A DNA stretch of 64,000 bases from Vicugna vicugna (Eukaryota). Shown one piece after another: positions 13,499-24,929 of the stretch. Location of the stretch: positions 1 to 64,000 of the forward strand of contig MU057840.1 of the NCBI GenBank assembly GCA_013265495.1, read 5' to 3'. The translations under genes and the position numbers were made by a program. The notes beneath the pieces were generated by a model that was not told the DNA's origin, did not search any database, and was given only the letters and a program-made list of their open reading frames with translations. The stretch's first letter is position 1. Each line of letters starts with the position of its first letter.

Positions 13499-14207
13499 TG
13501 TAGTAGAAAAGAACAAATCTGACTCCATATTAAATCTGTTTCTTTTCCTTCTACCCTGTGCCCTGTTTTCTAGGCTTACTCTTGCTGGCTCTGCACCTTT
13601 TGTAAAACAATGTTGCCTTTAGCCTGAAATGCATAGGAGAGCCTATTCTCAAGGCTCTGACCTTTAAGGATGTGAACACTTTGCACTCCTATAGAGACAA
13701 CAAGTTGCAGAATAGAAAGTAAAGTTTGTTTTGTTGGAGGTTTTACAAGGCACCATGACCTGACCCACTTGGACAGCTGGAAAGGATTCCAAGAACAAAG
13801 AAATCCTACACCAAGAAGTTTGCGACAACCAACCACAGCACCTCCCCTCTTCAGTAGAAAAGAAGCCTGAAGTCTGACTTGGGGGAAGATGGTTCTCCAG
13901 GACATCAGTCGGCCATTATCTTGGTCTGCAGCTGTCCATGTGGTGTCAGGTCATGGTGCCCCTGTAAAACCTCTAACAAAACAAAACTTTTTCTATTCTG
14001 AAGCTTGTCTTTATAGCAGTACATAAGTGTTAAATCCTTAAAAGTCAAAACCTTGAAAACAGCTCTCCTGTTTACCAGACAGGCTAAAGGCAACATTGTT
14101 TAACAAAGGGTGCAGAGCTAGCAAGACTAAGCCTCAAAAACAGGGCACAGGGTTAAAGCCAAAAGAACAGATCTAATGTGGAGTCAGATTTGTTCTTTTC
14201 TAATACA
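13499..14207. mobile_element. Two ERV LTR pieces of one family joined tail-to-tail as an inverted repeat
   Basis: Starts tgtagtagaaaagaacaaatctgactcca and ends tggagtcagatttgttcttttctaataca; arms about 13499-13779 and 13929-14207; same family as the solo LTR at 36702. Confidence 0.85.
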
Positions 14208-15948
14208 GAATCATCTATTCTTATGGTTTAAGTTTACAAGAATAAAGCTTAGCCTTTTCCCATTTTAAATTGTGCAATTCAGTACCATTAAGTGCACTCA
14301 CAATGCTGTGAGCCCAACACCACTGTCTATTTCAGACTATTTCCTTCCTCAGAGTAAAAGCTTGTAACCGAAGCACACACCATGTACTCCCTCCCCCAGC
14401 CCCTGACAAAAACTAAGCCCCTTTCTCTCTCTCTGACGCTTTACCTATCCTGGAGGTTCCCTATCACTGACATCATACAAAAGGTGGCTTTTTCTGTCTG
14501 CCCAAATCTCGTAAGTGAGGACTGGTGAATTTTTTTGTTTTTACATGAATTAACATTGTTATGTTTTGAGAGGAAAATCCAGACAGATTAAAGATGAGAC
14601 GTACAAAATGAAGCCCTTTTAGTAACTGTGCATAATCTCAGGGTAGACACTACTGTTCCCCCTGTGACACCACAGCCAGAGGACAGAAGGGAGATGCTTA
14701 GCTATTCCTGTGGCGAAACCACCACCAAACACATCAAAAAACAAGCAAAAGCCCAGAAAAACAGCTGGAAAGACAAACCACAACCTGAAATAAGTGTTCC
14801 TCATAACCCAATGTTGGAGAAAAGTTTCAAATCCCTGTGGTCCAAAATCCTCTTGAAATCCAGTGTTCCCAACAGAAACTGAACACACATAGGCAGTTCC
14901 AATGAGAGGCAGTGCAGGTGGCCAGTGTGTGCTAGAGATGCTCGACCTGTCAGGTGAGGACACAGGCAGACGGACATACTGCGGGACAGCACTGGTCACC
15001 ATCACGCTGGCAGGTCTTTAGCCTGGTGACAATGTAAGGAGGCAGTAGCCCCAGCAGGTCCCCTGGAGGGAAGAGTTAACAGACACTTCTCTCCAGGGGA
15101 ATAGGGTACAGAGCACATCAAAGGGCCACAGTTGCATCCGTGCCTCAGCAGTGCTGATCCTTAGAGTTCATCCCACTAAAGTCCTTGCACAGCTATTCAA
15201 AATGTCTTTTCAAGGGTGTTCATCACATCACTGGTTGAAACAGTGGGAATTAAAGCAACACTAAGGTTTGATGGAGAGGGAATGGGGTCCATCAGTTCTG
15301 GTTCACGTGGATGAATGAATGCGGTGCAGTTGGAAAAGTGGATGTCGGGTTTCTACTCGATGTCAAGGGAGGCCTCAGGGTGGAAGTACACAGACAGACT
15401 GTCTGCATCCTGGGTCCCATCTTCACGACCACATGTGTGTGAAATCAACATAGATGTAAATGAATCTGATTGTGACTCCCAGGAGCGCAAATAAGGCAGC
15501 CGTGGAGTCCCCAGCCATGCAGCAGTGACTGCTCCCATCCGCCAGATTATCCTGGGAAACTGCGACCACTCTAACCTGCGCCCGGGGAGGCGAAAAGACG
15601 CTAACCACTGTCCCCAGTTTTCTTAATAAATTAGAAATTTCTTGTCCAGCTTACTAGCCAAGAATTGTGCATATGAGCTAATGGCCAATAACTGTGCATA
15701 TAAGCTAAATCAAAGGAGGAATTTCTGAAGTTCATGACTGGCTGTTTTTGTGATGTGATATGGATCTCCTTGAAGGCTATTTGTAATCACTTGTCATTTA
15801 GTGTTTCCAATGTTGTAAATACCTCGGAATGTTTATTTTGGGTGGTGACTATTATTGATAATGGTGCATTATTCCAAAAAAGAGCTGGATAAAGACTTCG
15901 AATAGTTTATGAAAGAGGTATGTTTCTATTTTTAAAAGCTATATTGTA

Positions 15949-16180
15949 TTCATATTCTTTTCCATTATAGGTTACTACAAGTTATTGAATATATAGTTTC
16001 TTGTGTTCTATAGAAGAAACTTGCTTTTATCTATTTTATACGTAGTAGTTCGTATCTGCAAATCTCAAACTCCCAGTGTATCCCTTCCCACCAGTAGACG
16101 CATGTTTGTGTATGGCTGGAACGTTGTGCTGTCCACCAGAAACTGACACAACATTGTAAACTGACTGTACTTCAATTTTA
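15949..16180. mobile_element. Twin-primed (5'-inverted) short L1 with TSD
   Basis: Inverted L1 3' UTR piece 15949-16092, then forward tail 16093-16180; TSD aaaagctatattgta / aaaaactatactgta. Confidence 0.75.
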
Positions 16181-16214
16181 AAAAACTATACTGTAAGTTC
16201 GTCTCATAAGCAAC

Positions 16215-16900
16215 TCCTTCAGTTCTCTCTTTCATCTGTAAGATAGTCAGTCAGTCTGTCACCGAGCTCTGTCACCTATGTCTCAGGAACATATCTGTCA
16301 TCCCTCTAGTTCTCTCCCTCTTTACTGCCACCGTCCTCACCCAGGACACTGTCATCTCACCTAGGCCACTGAGACAGTTCCCAAGGACTGTCCCAGTGTT
16401 CCTTCACCACAGTGCAGCCAGCCTGGTCTGTGACATAAATCAGACTCTATTCCTCCCCAATATAGAACACTCCGTTGGCCTCCCATCACATGAGAATAAA
16501 CTCCAGACTCCTTGCAGTTTATAAAGCCCTGGATGGGTTTGCGAGTGTCCAACTCGCTGACTTTATACCACTCTTCCCCCTTGTCCATTCGTGCTACAGT
16601 GGCCTTTCTTCTCCCCCAGACTTCCCAAGCTCATTTCATGTTAGGAGCTTTGAACTAACTCTTCCCTCTGCTAATAATGCTGTTTGTTTCCTTGTTCTTT
16701 ACCTGGTAGGTGAATATTTCTCCTAAAAAATCACTACCTGAGAGAGGTTATTTTCTGTTGATCCAGTAGAAGAGTAACCAAGTCATTTCTTAGTACACTG
16801 TGTCCTTAATTCTCTATGCAGCCCTTGGAACCACTCACTGTTTGACTTCTTCAGCTCGATTTTCTGCCTCCCATAAGAATGAACCGTCCATGGCATGATG
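16215..16900 (+). mobile_element. L2 3' region
   Basis: ctctccctctttactgccacc...agaataaactccagactccttgc...aaagccctg. Confidence 0.65.
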
Positions 16901-17896
16901 GGTGTATTTTTTGTATTGAAGTGTGGTTAATGTACAAGATTATATTAGTTTCAGGAGTACCACATAGTGAGTCTATATTTTTGTAGATTATACTTCACTT
17001 AAAGTGATTATAAAATACTGGCTGTATTCCTGTGCTGTACAATAAATCCTTGTAACATTTATTTTATACATAGTAGTTTGTACCTTTTAATAGCTACCAA
17101 AATTAGAAATGTAAAACGAAGACGAAATCTCCTCACCCAAAAATGAGAATGTTAACAACCATTTACATAAATTAAAAATAAATGAAAATAAATGTTCATT
17201 AAAAGATGTAGACTATGATTTAAAAATGTTTGTCTTCCCTTCGTCTCAAAACCCCCTAAAATAACAAAGGAATAAAAAGGCATAAAAAGTACAAAGAGAA
17301 CAGGAGATGAAGTGACTACAGAGAGGAGATGTCAGAAAACTCTAGAAGACAGAACGTTGATAGACAAGGAGTAACTAAGAAAAAATGGCGCTAAACCTAA
17401 GTTCCTGCGGCAGAGCGTTCAGCAATAACCAGCCAACGCCTGATGGTTTCACCCTAGAAAAGGTCAGAAATGAAGTCACTAGTCGCCCCTGAAGGCGTGG
17501 GCACAGGGTAAAGTGGAAACCAAGCCTTTCCTTCTGAATGGACAGCCCAGGATCACCAGACATTTGACAAAAGTCTAAGATGAAAGCAAAAAAGAAAACC
17601 TGGAGAAAACTGAGACAATACACAAGAAGAAAAGGATCACAGACGGTGTTAAAACTTTAAGATGGAAGGCACGGGATGGTTGGTTGTGCTCCTGAAGCTG
17701 AGTGTCACCTGATGAGGTGCATGAAGAACACGGCATCACTTTTGGTGGTGATGTTCCTGCCAAACTGAAGGCTATTGCACAAAATAATTGGCTGCAGTCT
17801 TCAAAAGTATCAAGGTCATGAAAGTCAAAGAAAGACTGAAAAAACTTTTCTGACTAAAGGACACTAAAGAGATGTGACAAATGCAACACACATTCT

Positions 17897-18036
17897 TTGT
17901 TTGTTTTGGTTTTGGGGGGGAGGTAATTAGATTTCTTTATGTATTTTAACATTAAAATTAATTTTATTTTTTATTGGAGGTACTGGGGATTGAACCTAGG
18001 ACCTTGTGCACGCTAAGCACCCACTCTACTGCTTAG
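17897..18036 (-). mobile_element. Vic-1-like SINE inserted in an old L1
   Basis: ggggaggtaattag...ggaggtactggggattgaacc; flanked by the acacattct direct repeat. Confidence 0.78.
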
Positions 18037-19929
18037 CAACACATTCTGAAGTGTATCTTTTTTTTTTTTTTACTATAAAGGATATTACTGGAATGATTGA
18101 TGAAATTTAATAAAGGTCTCAGGATTGGGTAATATGAATGATTTATGTTCACTTTCTTATTTTGATGGTTGTGTTGTGATTATGTAGGAAGATGAACGAA
18201 GTACCCCATTAAGTGTATGGGGGTGATAGGGCATCAGAGGTTGGTAACTCACTCCCAAATGGGAGTTAATAAAAAAAAGTTCTTTATATTGTACTTGGAA
18301 TTCTGTAAATTTCAGATGGTTTTAAACTAAATAAAAATAATACTTATTTGTGCTTTTAAGGGGGAAATGAATAACCATTCTTACACATGGGTCTAAAAAA
18401 CTTCAAATGTAACTAATAAGATGTGTTTTGCAATGTTGTAAGAGAGTAAAAAGCCAATCATCTGGAGATCACCAATTCATTCATTAAAAATGATCCTGAA
18501 ATTGCTTTTACTCCTCCTCCCCCTGAATGCAGGCTTCTGTAAGAGCCAGCACTTTGAATAGGAATGTTTCAACCATACACAAAAATAGAAAAATGCAATA
18601 GAAACAGTAGAGCCAACACCTAGATATCACACAATGTTAACATTTTCCCATATTTGCTTCAGCTCATTTTTTAAATGAAAACTTTATTAAGACATTCACA
18701 TGTCATATAATCCCCCCACTTTAAGTGTATAATTTCACGGTTTTCAGCATAGTCATAGATTTTGTCATCATCGTCACAATACATATTACAACATTTTCAT
18801 TACCTCCAAAGGAAACCCCATATCCTTTAGCTATTATGCCCTGTCTCCATGTCTATGCCCCAACAACCACTAACCCTCTTACTGTCTCTGCAGGTTTCCC
18901 TATTCTGGACTTCCACATGAATGCAATCATACAACATGTGGCCATTAAAGTCGGCTTCTTTCACTTAGACTGTTTGTCAGGTCCATTCATTCAGAGTGCT
19001 GTGAAGCACTCTGTTCCTGAAGAGGATGAAAATTTTTTTTTTAATGAAGTTTAACTAGTCTTTGTACCTAGCTAGCATACTTGGTAAAACATTCCCTCAA
19101 TGCATTTCTAAAATTATGACCTAATTCGAACACGTTTCTGAAATAAATCTGCTTGTAAGAGTAAAATACACTAAACTTCCAAAATTGTTAACAACACTAA
19201 TTAAGGAAAACAGGGAGTTAAAAAAGGGGTCCCGCAACTGAAACAGATTCTCAGTCTGCAACCTCAAGTCCGACTCTAGTTGTGCGACCTTAGGAACCGG
19301 CTTCACCTCGAAATACATTCTCATCTGAAGAAGAGACCTGCCCTTCCCTCTCCGCAAGGCGGTGGACACGAATTTTCATAAATAGTTTGCTTCCTTCATT
19401 CAACACGAAAGACACACTCACATGAAACTTAAGGTGTAAGGGAGCCTACACATCCACAAGTCTCCGTCAGCACAAAATATGACAGGTAGCTGGTTCTAAA
19501 CAAAACAAAACAAAACAAAACACACCTTCCCCCCCGTTCGACAAACGCTTCTCAGGGATCTGGAGCCACACAAGGGAGCCTGTATGCGGTTTGCAAGAAC
19601 TCCATCAGGGCTGCAAACACACTGAGCACTAAAGGAGTAACTGGGAAAGTCCACAGCCATTGTATTACAACGTCTAGGTGCCTTTATGCTAGTACCAGAG
19701 CTCACACGCGGTAAAAGGAGAAAAAAGTCAAATTAGGCCCAACTCCAAACGACCCCTGCAGAAATCAAGACAGGAACGCCGACTTATCCTTCCTGAAGCG
19801 GGAACAGTACCACATCAACATCCACTTTAAAACTTCAAGATTGAAACACTCCACACCAACACTACTGCCGCTCATACTGCTTAGAAAGGCTGCGCAGGAG
19901 AGCAGCCCTGGCAGCACGGAAGGGGCTCA

Positions 19930-20795
19930 AGCAAAGCCGGCCGCGGAAAACGCAGGCGAGGGGGGCAAACAAGATGATTTCGGGGCTGTGCACACACGCC
20001 GCTGCCGACCGCTTTCCAGACCACGGCCCCGCCGCGAGCTTCTCAGGACTTACTGGCTTCCCAGTCGGACGTCAAGGGAAAGCCGCGCGGGGAGCACCCG
20101 GGGGTCGGGGCCCTGTTACGGTCCTCGGAGTCCCTGAGTGCCCGGGTCCCGGCCTCCACCTCCCACCCCCTCGCCACTCCCCTACTCAACGCGCCCAGCG
20201 AGGGCCGGCCCGGGAAGCGCCACGAGTAACGCCCCAGCGCGAGCCGCCTGGCTCCGCCCGAGACCCCCGGTGCGCGGACGGCGGGGCAATCCTGCTGGGG
20301 TCGGGGCCGGGCTCGCGGTTGGGGTCGCGGGTCCGGGGCCTACGCCGCAGCTGCGCCCGCCGATGCCGGACGGGGGAACGCGCGGGCGGGCGCGGCCGGC
20401 AGGCGGGGCGCGGACACTCACCACAGGACGCCGGGGGAGCCCTCGCCGGTGTAGCAGGTTGCTGGAGCGCCGCCCACGTCGAACACCTGCCCACGCACCA
20501 TCTCGGGGCCGCACCGCCGCCGCCGCCGCGCTGGACAAGAAGCTCCGCGGCCGCCGCTCGGCCAACACCGCGCCTCCCGGAGGGACTGCGCTGCCGCCGC
20601 CGCCGCCGCTGGCCGGAGGGAGCAAGGCCGGCGGGAGCAAGGCCGGCGCGGCTCGCGAGAACCGCAGAACCGCCAGCTGCTCCGACATGCTGCCGCCTGA
20701 CCGCCTGGCAAACTGACCTTAGGGTGGGTGGAGGGAGGGGCGGGGCCAGGAAGCGTGCACTCGGATTGGCTCTCGTGTCCCTGGGGGCGGGTCTG
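19930..20795. promoter_or_regulatory. CpG island and MAPK1-derived promoter (GC boxes, CCAAT, ETS-like GGAAG)
   Basis: Very high GC and CpG density; gggcgggg at about 20738, gggcgggt at about 20786, caggaagcg at about 20747, attgg at about 20766. Confidence 0.85.
20422..20745 (-). pseudogene. MAPK1: Degenerate MAPK1 (ERK2) exon 1 with 5' UTR; native ATG deleted
   Basis: Minus strand encodes EMVRGQVFDVG...YTGEG...G followed by TG|gtgagt, matching the end of ERK2 exon 1. Upstream blocks GCCCCTCCCTCC, GCGCAGTCCCT-CGGGAGG and GAGCGGCGGCCGC match the recalled MAPK1 5' UTR. Confidence 0.88.
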
Positions 20796-20863
20796 GTGTC
20801 CCTACAGATTTGTAACCTTTTTGCCTATTAGGATTAATTCTGCTGTGAATATTTGTATACAAG

Positions 20864-21454
20864 TTTTTTTTTTACACCAAAATTGTTCATTGTAATTTTA
20901 TTTGAACTTAATAGAAGAAAAAAACTAAAACAAAACTGGAGAAATTACTGCATTTCAAATGAATGTATCTTTGTGATGGGAAATCAGTAAGTAAATAAAA
21001 TTATGAAATGCATTAAGAGGTTGTGAAATAAATTAAAGACATTATGTATTTTCTAAATTCTGTATTTCCAATTTAGAAATTATCTATTGAGTCTGTTTTG
21101 AAAAGTTAACAGATTCTCTTCTACCACTGTTCTCCCCAACTCAAATTTTGAATAGTTATATATTTTAAAAACATTGTTCATGCTTCCAATATTTCAAGTA
21201 TAGTTGGTGACTATAATTCCTATGGTTTCTAAACATGTTTCAAATTTAGAACACATTCACAATTTAAAGTTAAAATAACAGAATGCTGTACATTGAGAAG
21301 TTTCACTTCCACCCTTACGACACCTTAGTTCCCCTACCATCATTAGATAACTACTTCGTTTCTTATATGGTATTTCCAATGTTTCAGATACAAGCAAAAA
21401 TGAAAATATACCTTATTTTCCACTTTTCTCACAATTATGCATTATATCATAAGG
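20864..21454 (-). mobile_element. Retroposed polyadenylated transcript fragment (processed 3' end or orphan transduction) with TSD
   Basis: Poly(T) at 20864-20873; AATAAA on the minus strand about 22 nt before the tail; flanking direct repeat ttctgctgtgaa(t/c)atttgtatacaag at 20838-20863 and 21455-21480. Confidence 0.7.
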
Positions 21455-23459
21455 TTCTGCTGTGAACATTTGTATACAAGCTTTTGTGGGGAAATATGTT
21501 TTCATTTCTCATAGCTGTATACCTGAGATTGTCATGGCTGGGTTTTGATTCTTGAAGTAACGAGAGGGCAAAGTTTACTTATTGAAGATTGCCTCCCTGC
21601 AGGAGGAAGACTGGCCTTCCTCAAGACTTCATGGGCACTGACCGCAGCCAAGGCACACATGTGTCAAGGCTGGTAAGTGCTACTCATTGACTCAGCCATG
21701 GGTCTGCTGAGCATTACAGCGGCAACCACAGCTTGTGCCAGCCCTGACCAGCAGGAGAGAGGCTGGTGCTTCCCTCATCTGGAGTGCTCCCCTCATCTGG
21801 AATGCTCATCCCGTGGAGAAGCTGGACCTGGGGCCTGCGTGTCACAGTGCTGGTTCCAGTCCCTGCCTACACTGGGCCTGGGCTTCTCTGATAATACCGT
21901 ATAAAGCATCTGCCTGCTTCTCCAATTCTCAGGGCAGTGGTTTGCCCTGCGACCTCAGTTCTCTGATGGGTCTAGGAAGAGTTGTTTCTTTTCGGTCTGT
22001 TCATCTTTTCTTGTTTTGAGGATGGGAGGGATGACTTCCAAGCTCCTCGTACCCTAGACTAGAAACCAGAAGCGTATGATTTCTGTTAGTTTCTTCTCAC
22101 CTCCGTAGCTTGTCTGTGTTTGACTTTGGCAATGAGCACTAGCAGCCCATGCCAGCGCACCATTTGGGAGGGCAGGGAGTCCCTGAAGACAGACCTTTCT
22201 AGTCCCTCTCCCTGCCGGTGACTTCAGTGGCAGTCGAGGCCCCACTCCCAGGCTCACTGGCCTCCTTCTGTCCTCTGCTTAGCCCTTTCGCTCCACCCCT
22301 ACCTTAGTCTCTCTGTAGTGGGCATCTGGGGTTTGCTCTTGGGACAGGTTAGAGTAAGCCTTCCCCAGGTGATGAGGGAAAGTCAGACAGAGTAACAGGC
22401 ATCTGGGTACAACATGCAGGAGTGAGAAGGACAAAGACGTTCAAGTTCTCTCAAGAGATATCAAGTTTTCAATTTCTGTTCCACTGCTTCCTATATCATC
22501 TCTGAAAAGCTACTTAAAACCTACTAGGCTTCAGTTTATCTTAAAAAAAACATTAAACCAGGATAATAATACTAAGCACTAAGATGGTTTCAGGCAATGG
22601 GGAAACTGGGCTGGAGCTGAAGTTTGGTCAGTGTGTTGTGCAGATGAGATATATATTGGGATCCCTTGGTTAGAGGTCAGAGCATACAAGATGGGCAGAG
22701 AATCACCTAACTTCAGGAATAGGGTATATGAAGGCCAGGCCCCCGGTGCACGGCCAGCCCAGGTCTGCTGTGGTTGGGTGCAGAATAGGAGTTTAGGGCC
22801 AGTGGAATAGCTACTACTGCAGCTGAACTGCCTGAGCTCCCCCGATCCAGTGGAGAGCGTGGGTGAACAAATGTCATCTCAGTAATTCACTGACATCCAG
22901 GGCCTGAGCAACCCAGCCTGAGACCCCTATAACTGAGTTTACCATCAAGGGAGGGAATGTTTGTCTTCCCCCTTCCAGAAACAGCTGAGCTCTTAAGGAC
23001 CGATGCTGCTGGTGGGCACACAGCTAGGCGTAATGGTACCTCAGTGGTAGAGCTGCAACTAGAGAGATGGCCAGAGATAGGACTGCTGGCAATGCCTAGA
23101 TGGGTGTGGATGCTGGGAAACCACTTTCTTGAGGCCTCCCAAGATTATCTTGCAAAGGGAGTTCCTGCGCACATTCCTGCTCAAGCCGGTGAGATCCCAC
23201 TGTCAATGTGCACGTGAGTCCATTTGTGCCCACCTGCCAGTGAGGGTCAAGGACACCTGGGCAATGCCAGGATTGGAAAGAATTTGCACTGAATTGTTTG
23301 AATGTCATCTGGTCAATATTGGATATATGCTAAATGGGGACTCTGCCACATAATCATGGTTTCTAAGGGCTGGGACAAGTGCACTGAGGCCTCCTGGGAT
23401 CCTGTCTTATTGTTTGTGTATATGTGTACACACACACACACATACATACACACATATAT

Positions 23460-24208
23460 TATTGAAGGATAGTAAGTTCACAATGTGTGTCAATTTCTGG
23501 TGCATAGCACAATGCTTCACTCATATATGAACATACGTGTATTTGTTTTCATATTCTGTTTCATCATAAGTTACTGCAATGTATTGGATATAGTTCCCTG
23601 CGAGATACAGCATGAACTTGTTTATCTTTTCTATACGTATCAGTTAGTATCTGCAAATCTCTATCAGAAAAGGAAAGTAAAGAAACAATCCCTTTTAAAA
23701 TTGCATTCAAAAAAATAAAATATTTAGCAATAAACCTGACCAAGGAAGTGAAAGACATATGTGGAGAAGCACAAAACACTGACTAAGGAAATTAAATATG
23801 ACCGAAAGAAATGGAAAGACATCCCATGTTCTTAGATTCAAAGAATTAATATTAAGATGGCCATACTACACAAAGCAATCTACAGTTTTAAAATCCCATT
23901 CATATTAAATTACCCAGGACACTTTTCACAGAACTAGAATAAATTATACTAAAATTTAAATGGAATCACAAAAGACCCAGAATTGCCAAAGCAATACTGA
24001 AGAAAAAGAACGAAGCTGTAGAAATGACTCGCAGACTTCAGACATTCCTATAGAGCTACAGTCATCAAGACAGCATGGTATTGGTACAAAACCAGACATA
24101 TGGATCAATGGAACAGAAGAGAGAGCCCAGAAATAAATCCACAAACTTTTGGTCAATTAATCTTTGACAAATGAGTCAAATACATACAGTGGAGTAAAGA
24201 CAGTCTTT
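23460..24208. mobile_element. Minus-strand L1 3' tail joined head-to-head to a plus-strand L1 ORF2 piece
   Basis: Orientation switch at about 23660 (…atctgcaaatctc|tatcagaaaaggaaag…). Confidence 0.7.
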
Positions 24209-24644
24209 CTCAGGCAGTCTGTGAAGTTATTCTCTACTTTTAATAAGCTATATAATCAGGGAGAATCTTTATGAGAAGCTGGATCATCTACATAAAATAC
24301 TTCAGTGTTGGAAGAGGCTTTCTTCTCTTTTTAAGGCATGGCGGACTATGGAATTTTAAAAGTATTTAACACTGTAGACGGAAGAGAGGGTGCATGAAGG
24401 GCAACCAAGGGCACGAAAAAATTTTTAATGACTTTCCTAAGAAGAAATAGATTGTTCCTAGAGAGATTCACCAAGTAACTTGATGGAATGAATGAGAAAA
24501 CTGCACTTATCTTACCAGAATGAAGAAATTCAGCGTATAGTAAATGTTACTAGTCAAACCAGCGTTTTGTTTTGGACCAAAAAGACAGTATTTGATTCTT
24601 GAAACTACCTACCTTACTAATGTACTAAATGAATATATTTAGTG

Positions 24645-24688
24645 TATGTGTGTGTGTGTGTGTGTGTATACACTCACACACACACACG
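24645..24688. repeat. (TG)n directly followed by (CA)n microsatellite
   Basis: tatgtgtgtgtgtgtgtgtgtgtatacactcacacacacacacg. Confidence 0.85.
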
Positions 24689-24929
24689 TATTTATATAAA
24701 ACATATACAGTAGATATAGACTTAGTATGTATAACATAAGCTTTAAACTATGTATTATTTAAAACCACTTATTAAAGCATTCATATTGAACAAAACAGCA
24801 ATAAAACTACATGATCATTCTGTGATCAACCTCCCTTGGGAAACGGTGCTCTGCTGAACAGCCAGAGGGCCGATCCAATACAATGGAGGTAAGAGCTGCA
24901 CAAAACGCAGCCTGAGCTTTAGCTTAAAT

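Noticed and set aside
20422..20745. Interpretation as a processed MAPK1 pseudogene or as MAPK3
   Set aside because: Homology stops exactly at a gtgagt donor, and the promoter and UTR match MAPK1 (EMVRGQVFDVG, not MAPK3 EMVKGQPFDVG).
19974..20831. Long ORFs (285, 192 and 168 aa) over the GC-rich island
   Set aside because: These are stop-poor frames typical of a CpG island. Only the minus-strand EMVRGQVFDVG stretch has recognisable homology.
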